In this document: piece by piece, positions 56,771 through 64,000 of the stretch
Numbering within the stretch: the first letter of the stretch is position 1
Layout: every line of letters starts with the position of its first letter
Source of the DNA: Thermoplasmatales archaeon SW_10_69_26
GTDB lineage: Archaea > Thermoplasmatota > SW-10-69-26
Direction: 5' to 3'
Length of the DNA stretch: 64,000 bases
Assembly: GCA_003009755.1 (NCBI GenBank)
Contig: PXUB01000017.1
Span: 1 to 64,000 of the forward strand
The notes under the pieces: generated by a model
Database searches by the model: none
What the model was told of the DNA's origin: nothing
The model's input: the letters and a program-made list of their open reading frames with translations, nothing else
Made by a program: the position numbers and the translations under genes

Positions 56771-59676
56771 TCCCGATCGAGCTCGAGATCGGCGGCCTGC
56801 ACAGCTACCGTGACACGGTCACGGTCGACTTCGACGAGGCCGTCGAGGACGGCCTCTTCGGCATCTTCGGCCCGACCGGATCCGGCAAGTCCACGCTGCT
56901 CGACGCGATGACGCTGGCGCTGTACGACCGCGTCGACCGGCTCGGCGGCCGCGAGAAGACGCCGATGATGAACGTCGACGCCGACGAGCTCACCGTCACC
57001 TACACCTTCGAGCTCGGCGGCACCACCTACCAGGCCCACCGCCGCTGGGTCCGCTCGGGCGACGGTGCCCAGCAACGCGACGCCGAGCTGCGCAACCTCG
57101 ACCGCCAGGAGACGATCGCCAGCCAAGCCCGCGAGATGACGGCCGCCGTCGAACAGCGCCTCGGCATGGACTTCGAGCAGTTCACCCGCGCCGTGTTCCT
57201 CCCCCAGGGCAAGTTCGCCCGCTTCCTCGACGACAACCCCAAGAAACGCCTCGAACTGCTGGAGGAGATCTTCGGCCTCGACCGCTACGGCGACCAGCTC
57301 CGCCAGCGCGCCCGCGACAAGCGCGAACAGCTCCAACAGGAGCACGACCGCATCCAAGGCAGCCTCGAGGGCGAGATGAGCGAGGTCACCGAGGACGCCG
57401 TCGAGACCCTCGCCCAGCGGACCGGCGAGGCCAAGCAGACGATCGAGGACCTGACCGAGCGCGAACGCGCCCTCGCCGAGGACGCCCAGCGGGCCCGCAA
57501 GCTGCTCGACACGCTCGAGGATCTCGAGCAGGCCCGAGACCAACGGGCCCAGCTAGCCGAGCGCGCCGACGACATCGAGACCAAGCGCAAGCGCCTGGCC
57601 CGCGCCGAGGACGCCCACGACCCCTACCGCACCCTGCAGGACCTCGAGGACGCCCGCGACAAGCTCGCCGGGACCCGGTCCCAGCTCGAGGCGCTCGAGG
57701 CCGACCGCGAGGACGCCCAGACCCAGCTCGAGGAAGCCTGCCAGGCGCGCGAGGATGGCAGCGACGAGCTCGACACCCGCGAAGCCGAGCTCGACGAGGC
57801 CCGCACCCGTCTGGAGGCCCTGGCCACCGACGCCGACCGCCTCGACGACCTGCGCGAGGACCGACGCCGAGCCCAGCGGACCCTCGACGAGCTCGACGAG
57901 GCGACCCCACCGCCCGAGAGCCTCGACGAGGACGACCTCCAAGCCGCCCTCGACACGATCCAGGCCGGCCAACGCGCCGGGGACCGCCGCGCACGCCACG
58001 AACGCGACCGTCGGGACGCGCTGGAGGCCCGCGGCGAGGCCCGCTGCGAGCTGGCCGAGATCGACGAGACCACCGACGAGCTGGCCGCCGAAGCCGACGA
58101 GGTCGCCGAGGAGCTCGCCGAGGCCGAACAGACGCTCGAGGACGCCCGCGTGCAGGACCGCGCGGCCGTGCTCGGCGCCCACCTCGCCGAGGACCAGCCC
58201 TGCCCGGTGTGCGGCTGTGAGGAACACCCCGACCCCGTCGAGGAGCCCGAGACCCCGATCGCCGACCTCGAGGACCGGTGCCAGCAGCTCACCGATCGAA
58301 GCGAGGAGATCGACCGCGAGCGCACGCGCCTCACCGAACGCCGCCAGCAGGCCGCCGACCGGCTCGCCCAGGCCCGCGAGGACGCCCGCCAGGCCCGCCA
58401 AGCCCTCGCCCAGGCCCGCGAGCAGGTCGACGACCAGCGCCAGCGGCTCCCCGAGGCCCTCGCCGAGGAACCCTGGAAGCGAGCCCGCGAGACCGTGAAG
58501 GCCTGGCGCAGCGGCCTCGAGGCCCAGGCCGCCGAGGCGACCATCGAGGAGATCGGCGAGAGCCTCGAGACGGCCCGCGCGCGCTTCGCCCTCGTCCGGG
58601 ACGTGCTCGACCTCGACGCCCGCGAGCCCACCGAGGACAACCTCGAGGTAGCCCGCGAGGAGCTCGAGCAGGCCGTCGCGAGCCTGGAGGAGGGCCGCGA
58701 GCAGCTCGACGCCCAGGTCGAGGAGGCCGAGGACGCCGTCGACGAGATCGAGGACGAGCTCGGCCAGGTGCGCGGCCGATGCTCGACGCTCGCCGAGCAG
58801 ACCCAGACCCTCGAAGAACGGCTCGCCGAGCAGCTCGCCGACACCCCCTTCGAGGACGCCGACGAGCTGGCGGGGGCCCACAAACCCGCCGCCGTCCGCC
58901 ACCGCCTGGAGGACGAGATCGAGAGCTTCGAGGAGAAGCGCCGCCAGGTCCAGGCGACGATCGACCAGCTCGAGGACCGAGCCGACGGCACCGACCTCGA
59001 CGCCGAGGACGCCGACGACCTCATCGACGAGCACGAGCAGGTCGAAGCCCAGCTCGGCCAGGCGCGCGAACACCACGGCAAGCTCAGCGAGCGCCTGGAG
59101 ACCCAGCGCAAGCGCCTCGAGCGCAAGCGCGAGCTGACCGAGCAGCTCGACGCCACCGAGGAGAAGCTGACCCGCGCCCAGAGGCTCACCCACCTGCTCG
59201 GCGCCCGACGCTTCATCGAGTACCTCGCCCGCAGCCGGTTCGACACCGTGCTCGAGCAAGCCTCCCAGCGGCTGGCGCAGATCTCCGGCGGCCAGTACCG
59301 GCTCGAGGGTACGCCCAGCGACATCCACGTCGTCGACCTCATGGCCGGCGGCGAGGACCGCGATCTGCGCACCCTCTCCGGCGGCGAGACGTTCATGGTC
59401 TCCCTGTCGCTGGCGTTGGCCCTCTCCGACGCCATCCAGCACCAGCGCGGCGGCGGCTACCCGCCGATCGAGTTCTTCTTCCTCGACGAGGGGTTCGGCT
59501 CCCTGGACGGCGACCGGCTCGACCAGGTGATGCGGATGCTGCACGAACTCGTCGACCAGGACGTGCGCGTGGGCCTGATCACGCACGTCGAGGAAGCCCA
59601 ACGCTACGTGCCCCGCAAGGTGCTCGTCGAGGAAGCCACCGAGGAGCACGGCAGCTCGGTCACGGTGACGACGTGA
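56767..59676 (+). CDS. sbcC: SbcC/Rad50 SMC-like ATPase
   Basis: GPTGSGKS, LPQGKF, CPVC zinc hook, LSGGE, FFLDEGFGSLD. Confidence 0.93.
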   Translation: MIPIELEIGGLHSYRDTVTVDFDEAVEDGLFGIFGPTGSGKSTLLDAMTLALYDRVDRLGGREKTPMMNVDADELTVTYTFELGGTTYQAHRRWVRSGDGAQQRDAELRNLDRQETIASQAREMTAAVEQRLGMDFEQFTRAVFLPQGKFARFLDDNPKKRLELLEEIFGLDRYGDQLRQRARDKREQLQQEHDRIQGSLEGEMSEVTEDAVETLAQRTGEAKQTIEDLTERERALAEDAQRARKLLDTLEDLEQARDQRAQLAERADDIETKRKRLARAEDAHDPYRTLQDLEDARDKLAGTRSQLEALEADREDAQTQLEEACQAREDGSDELDTREAELDEARTRLEALATDADRLDDLREDRRRAQRTLDELDEATPPPESLDEDDLQAALDTIQAGQRAGDRRARHERDRRDALEARGEARCELAEIDETTDELAAEADEVAEELAEAEQTLEDARVQDRAAVLGAHLAEDQPCPVCGCEEHPDPVEEPETPIADLEDRCQQLTDRSEEIDRERTRLTERRQQAADRLAQAREDARQARQALAQAREQVDDQRQRLPEALAEEPWKRARETVKAWRSGLEAQAAEATIEEIGESLETARARFALVRDVLDLDAREPTEDNLEVAREELEQAVASLEEGREQLDAQVEEAEDAVDEIEDELGQVRGRCSTLAEQTQTLEERLAEQLADTPFEDADELAGAHKPAAVRHRLEDEIESFEEKRRQVQATIDQLEDRADGTDLDAEDADDLIDEHEQVEAQLGQAREHHGKLSERLETQRKRLERKRELTEQLDATEEKLTRAQRLTHLLGARRFIEYLARSRFDTVLEQASQRLAQISGGQYRLEGTPSDIHVVDLMAGGEDRDLRTLSGGETFMVSLSLALALSDAIQHQRGGGYPPIEFFFLDEGFGSLDGDRLDQVMRMLHELVDQDVRVGLITHVEEAQRYVPRKVLVEEATEEHGSSVTVTT

Positions 59677-59680
59677 GGAG

Positions 59681-60106
59681 GTGATCGAGCTGGCCCTGAC
59701 CGTCCCCGAAGAGCTCGCCTGGATCGCGGCCGGCCTGGTGGCGCTGGGCTGGCTGGGCCTGTACCTCGCCTGGCGCAGCCGACGCGAGATCAAGGCCCAG
59801 CTGCGCGAGGCGCGCTCGGCCAAGCGCTCGCAGTCGGTCCGCTACGGCCAGATGAGCGAGGAGTTCGCGCCCTGGATGGCCGAGTGGCCCTTCGACCCGG
59901 AGGGCTTCCGCTCGCTGGGCGGTCCGATCGACGGCGTGCAGTTCACCGACGAGGCCGTCTACCTGGTCGAGATCAAGGCCGCCGACAGCCGCCTGTCCGC
60001 CGACCAGCGCGAGGTGCGCGAGCTCGTGCGCGAGGGTCGCGTCGGCTGGCTCACCTTCCGCGTCGGCGACGAGCACCCCGTCGCCTACGAGGAGCCGTGG
60101 CGCTGA
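59681..60106 (+). CDS. Membrane-anchored Holliday-junction-resolvase-like endonuclease
   Basis: N-terminal TM; SQSVRYGQMSEEFAP, LGGPIDGVQF...EIK (PD-(D/E)xK). Confidence 0.85.
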   Translation: MIELALTVPEELAWIAAGLVALGWLGLYLAWRSRREIKAQLREARSAKRSQSVRYGQMSEEFAPWMAEWPFDPEGFRSLGGPIDGVQFTDEAVYLVEIKAADSRLSADQREVRELVREGRVGWLTFRVGDEHPVAYEEPWR

Positions 60107-60236
60107 GGGTGGGAGCCCGAGCCTTGCCGGAGCTCTCCGGGCCACCTCACTTGGGAACGAGCGGACCTGCTCAGCCGCGGTCCCCCGAAAGGACGGTGGC
60201 AACATCCCCGAACCCATACAGTCGACAGAACCCCGG

Positions 60237-61733
60237 ATGTCCGAGGTGGCGACCCCCGCGGGCGTCGAAGCCGCGGACCGGAGCCTCCTCGTCGTCTCGA
60301 ACCGACAACCGTACCGCCACGGCCACGGCGACGACGATCTCGACGTCGATCGCCCCGCCGGCGGCCTCACCGCGGGCCTGGACCCCGTCATGCAGGAGCT
60401 GGGCGGCACGTGGATCGCCTGGGGAGACGGCGACGCCGACGCCGACGTCGTGGACGAGGACGGCCGCATCGAGGTCCCGCCCGAGGACCCCAGCTACACG
60501 CTGAAACGCGTCTGGCTGAGCGAGGACCAGGTGGACGGCTACTACTACGGGTTCAGCAACCAGGTGCTGTGGCCGGTCTGCCACTCGGCCCTGACCGAGG
60601 TCCGCTGCGAGCCCGCGTACTGGACCAGCTACCAGGAAGCCAACCAGCAGTTCGCGGCCGCCGTCCTCGACCAAGCTGCCGAGGGCGACACGATCTGGGT
60701 CCAGGACTACCACCTGGCGCTCGTCCCCGCCCTGATCGCCGACCGCCTGTCGCCCACGACCGAGTTGTTCCACTTCTGGCACATCCCCTGGCCCTCCTGG
60801 GACACCTTCCGCGCCTGCCCCTACGGGCCCGCGCTGCTGCGAGGCCTGCTCGGCAACGACGTGATCGGGTTCCACACCCAACGCTACTGCCGCAACTTCC
60901 TCGAGTGCGTCGAGACCGCGTTGTCGGACGCCTCCGTCGACCGGCGCTCGGACCAGATCCGCTACCGCGGCCGCCTCACCCGTGTCAAGGCGATGCCGAT
61001 GGGCGCCCCCGTCGACCGCGTCGTCGAGCAGGCCAACTCGCAGACGGGCCGCACCTTCGGGCGATCGTTCCGCGAAACGCATGGCATCGACGCCGACACC
61101 CAGCTCGTGCTCGGCGTCGACCGCCTGGACTACATGAAAGGCATCCCGCAGCGCATCCGGGCGCTCGAGCGCGTGTGGGAGACCCGCCCCGAGCGCCGCG
61201 GCGAGGTCACCTACGTCCAGAAGGGAAGCGAAAGCCGCTCCCGCATCCCCGCCTACCGGCGCCTGCAGGCCGAGGTCGAACGCCGGGTCGAGGCCGTCAA
61301 CGAACGCTTCGGCACCGACGACTGGACACCGATCGAGTACACGACACGCATGCTGTCCCAGGAGGAGCTGTACGGCCTCTACCGCGAGGCCGACGTCGGG
61401 CTCGTGACCTCCCTGCGCGACGGCATGAACCTCACCGCCCAGGAGTTCGCCGCCGCCCAGACCGACGCCGACGGCGTGCTGGTGCTCAGCGACCAGGCCG
61501 GCGTGCACGCCATCCTGGGCGACCAGGCGCTGACGATCAACCCCAACGAGATCGAGGACGTCGCCGCCACGATCGTCCAGGCCCTCGACATGGGGCCCGA
61601 GGAGCGCCACGAGCGCATGCAGCGCATCCGCGAGCGTCTGGCCTCGCGCGACCTCACGTCCTGGATGGAGCGCTGCCTGCAAGCCGACCGCCCCCGCCCG
61701 GCCCAGAGGAGAGAGATCCGTGACGACGCCTAG
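60237..61733 (+). CDS. otsA: Trehalose-6-phosphate synthase
   Basis: VSNRQP, GGL, YYGFSNQVLWP, QDYHL, GVDRLDYMKGI, DGMNL. Confidence 0.95.
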   Translation: MSEVATPAGVEAADRSLLVVSNRQPYRHGHGDDDLDVDRPAGGLTAGLDPVMQELGGTWIAWGDGDADADVVDEDGRIEVPPEDPSYTLKRVWLSEDQVDGYYYGFSNQVLWPVCHSALTEVRCEPAYWTSYQEANQQFAAAVLDQAAEGDTIWVQDYHLALVPALIADRLSPTTELFHFWHIPWPSWDTFRACPYGPALLRGLLGNDVIGFHTQRYCRNFLECVETALSDASVDRRSDQIRYRGRLTRVKAMPMGAPVDRVVEQANSQTGRTFGRSFRETHGIDADTQLVLGVDRLDYMKGIPQRIRALERVWETRPERRGEVTYVQKGSESRSRIPAYRRLQAEVERRVEAVNERFGTDDWTPIEYTTRMLSQEELYGLYREADVGLVTSLRDGMNLTAQEFAAAQTDADGVLVLSDQAGVHAILGDQALTINPNEIEDVAATIVQALDMGPEERHERMQRIRERLASRDLTSWMERCLQADRPRPAQRREIRDDA

Positions 61734-62577
61734 GCCCCGCCCCATCGACGACCGAGGACCGATCACCGACCGCCTCTCCGACGTCGAGGGCCTCCTCGTC
61801 GGCACCGACTTCGACGGGACCCTGTCCCCGATCGTCGACGACCCCGACGACGCGCTGCCCTCCGCCGACGCCAAGCGGGCCCTGCGGCGCCTGGCGGCCC
61901 ACCCGGCGACCGTCGTCGCCCTCGTCAGCGGCCGATCGCTGTCCGATCTGCGCCCGCGGGTCGGGCTCGCCGACGTCATCTACGTCGGCAACCACGGCCT
62001 CGAGATCGATCGCGGCGGCCCGCCCCGCGTCCATCCCGAAGCGCGCGACCGACGCCGCCTCGTCCACCGAGCCTGTCGGACGGTCCGCGAGGCTCTCGGT
62101 CACACCCCCGTCCGCGTGGAGGGCAAGGGCCTCACCGCAACCGTGCACCTCCGCGAGGCCGAGGACCGGGTCCGCGAGCGCGCGCTTGGCCTGCTCGAGG
62201 ACTGCGTGGAGGCCTTCGATCACGAGCTGTGGCTGTCGTCCGCCGAGGCCGCCATCGAGATCCGACCCGCCGTCGACTGGGACAAAGGGGACGCGCTGCG
62301 GAACCTCGCCGACGACGCCCCCGAGGGATGGACGACCCTGTACCTCGGCGACGAGGAGACCGACGAGGACGCCTTCGAAGCGCTGGGCCCCGGCGAGGTC
62401 GGTATCCACGTCGGGAACGATCCCGACACCGCTGCCGGCTACCGGCTCCCCGAGCAGGCCCAGGTCGGCCCGTTCCTCGACGCGCTCGCCGAGGAGGTCC
62501 ACGGCGAGGACGCCTCCATCGGGGCCCCCTCTCGGGGCATCCCGGTCCAACCGCCCAGCCCCACCGATCGCGCTTAG
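61720..62577 (+). CDS. otsB: Trehalose-6-phosphate phosphatase
   Basis: DFDGTL, VSGR, GNHGLE, WDKG, GDEETDEDAF. Confidence 0.94.
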   Translation: MTTPRPRPIDDRGPITDRLSDVEGLLVGTDFDGTLSPIVDDPDDALPSADAKRALRRLAAHPATVVALVSGRSLSDLRPRVGLADVIYVGNHGLEIDRGGPPRVHPEARDRRRLVHRACRTVREALGHTPVRVEGKGLTATVHLREAEDRVRERALGLLEDCVEAFDHELWLSSAEAAIEIRPAVDWDKGDALRNLADDAPEGWTTLYLGDEETDEDAFEALGPGEVGIHVGNDPDTAAGYRLPEQAQVGPFLDALAEEVHGEDASIGAPSRGIPVQPPSPTDRA

Positions 62578-63113
62578 CCGATCGGGATGTCGTCCGGCCC
62601 GGCCTCGGGCTTGGCGTTCTTCGTCGAGTAGGTCGCCCGCCCGGTCGCCACGAGCTTGCCCACCTCGTCCAGCTGTTCGGGGTCCACCTGGTCCGGCTCC
62701 GTGATCCCGGCGTCCTCCGGCAGCTGGAGCACGTCCACGTCCACGAAAGCGATCGTGGATCCGGCGTTCACGATCTCGGCCGCCGCCACCGTGTTCCGCT
62801 GCAGCGCCGGTCGCACGTAGTCGATGCGCAGATCGATCGTCGGCGTCGGCGCGTTCGTCAGGGTGAACGTCGCCGCGCCGCCGGCCAGGTCGATCAACCC
62901 GGCCAGGATGCCGCCGTGGATGCTGGGGATCTTCGGGTTGCCGACGAGCTCCTCACGGTAGGGAAGCCAGATCGTGGCCTCGCCCGGCTCCACGTCGACG
63001 ACGCGGAGATCCATCCAGTCGTGGAAGTTCGGGACCCGGATCAGGTCCTCCAGCGTCTCGATGTCCCAGGAGGGCCCGTCCTCGTCGGCCTCGGTCGACC
63101 GGTCCGCGGACAC
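62574..63113 (-). CDS. PaaI family thioesterase
   Basis: HGGILAGLID, TIDLRIDYVRP. Confidence 0.88.
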   Translation of the reverse strand: MSADRSTEADEDGPSWDIETLEDLIRVPNFHDWMDLRVVDVEPGEATIWLPYREELVGNPKIPSIHGGILAGLIDLAGGAATFTLTNAPTPTIDLRIDYVRPALQRNTVAAAEIVNAGSTIAFVDVDVLQLPEDAGITEPDQVDPEQLDEVGKLVATGRATYSTKNAKPEAGPDDIPIG

Positions 63114-63150
63114 GACGGCCCAGCAGGCCGCGGCGTGAAAAGCCGACCGG

Positions 63151-63999
63151 TCACGGCTCGTCGGCGTCCGCCAGCCGGACCCGCACCGTCAAGATGCGCC
63201 GGTTGGCGACCTCCTCCAGCGTGAACGTCACGTCCTCGTGCTCGATCGTCTCGCCGGCTCGCCCCGGGCGGCCCAGCTCGTGGAACAGGAACCCGCCCAG
63301 CGTCTCGTACCCGGCGTCGTCGGGCAGATCGAGCTCCAGCTCGTCGTTCACCCGCTCGATGTCGGTGCGCGCGTCGAAGATCGCCTCCGCCTCGTCGACC
63401 CACTCGACCGTCTCGGCGGCCGGGTCGTACTCGTCGAAGATGTCGCCCACGATCTCCTCGAGGATGTCCTCCAACGTCACGAGGCCCGCGGTCCCGCCGA
63501 ACTCGTCGTGCACGATCGCCATGTGGATCCGCCGGGTCTTCATCTCCCGCAGGATCTCGTCCAACGGCGTCGTCTCGGGCACGAACAGCGTCTCCTTCAT
63601 GACCGAGTCCGCCGAGGCTTTCGGCTGGTCCTGCACGGCGTCGAGCACGTCCTTGCCGTAGACGACGCCGACGATGTTGTCCAGATCCTCGCGGAACACC
63701 GGCAGCCGCGAGTACCCGGTGTCGGTGACGAGCTGGGCGACCTCCTCCACCGGGGCGCTGGCCTCGATCGCGACGACGTCGGTGCGCGGTGCCATCACGT
63801 CGCCGACCTGCTCGTCGCCGAAATCCAGCACCGCCTCGATCATCTCGATCTCGGCCGCGGCGAGCACGTCCTGGCGGCGACCGGCCCGCAACATGCCGCG
63901 GATCTCCGGCTCGTCGAGGAACACGCGCTTGGGCGCCAGATCGCCCGGCTCGGTCAGCTCGGACAGCGCCTCGATCAGCCCCACGGCCGGCGCCAGCAC
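63151..63999 (-). CDS. Hemolysin/CorC-type CBS-domain protein, partial (5' end beyond the window)
   Basis: VMAPRTD, YSRLPV, DEFGGTAGLVTLEDILEEIVGDIFDEYD, YETLGG. Confidence 0.92.
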   Translation of the reverse strand: MLAPAVGLIEALSELTEPGDLAPKRVFLDEPEIRGMLRAGRRQDVLAAAEIEMIEAVLDFGDEQVGDVMAPRTDVVAIEASAPVEEVAQLVTDTGYSRLPVFREDLDNIVGVVYGKDVLDAVQDQPKASADSVMKETLFVPETTPLDEILREMKTRRIHMAIVHDEFGGTAGLVTLEDILEEIVGDIFDEYDPAAETVEWVDEAEAIFDARTDIERVNDELELDLPDDAGYETLGGFLFHELGRPGRAGETIEHEDVTFTLEEVANRRILTVRVRLADADEP

Positions 64000-64000
64000 G

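Overview
High-GC, acidic-proteome archaeal chromosome segment. Gene content (PCNA-like gene, double winged-HTH regulators, AbrB-PhoU fusion, geranylgeranyl reductase, NosD and LVIVD surface proteins, C-terminal sorting tails) is most consistent with a halophilic Thermoplasmatota; this assignment is inference. The left third is accessory. It holds (i) a candidate peptide-signalling locus at 1-3.5 kb: secreted two-Cys peptide, single-pass receptor with cytoplasmic TPR, and a double wHTH regulator broken by an amber codon, all behind repeated operator-like motifs; (ii) a beta-helix gene and an MNT-HEPN pair bracketed by CAGAG-rich repeats; and (iii) a ~13.1 kb island bounded by a 94-bp direct repeat inside a fatty-acid-desaturase gene. 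The island carries a Trk K+ cassette, a highly divergent PCNA, a Zn-metallopeptidase plus wHTH pair, an integrase remnant and a type IIG restriction-modification gene. The rest is mostly housekeeping: an inositol/isoprenoid lipid cluster, sulfurtransferase, surface proteins, pst/phoU, birA, sbcDC and otsAB, with several strongly structured intergenic elements. No CRISPR array, rRNA or intact tRNA was seen. All product calls come from motif recognition by eye, not from database searches.
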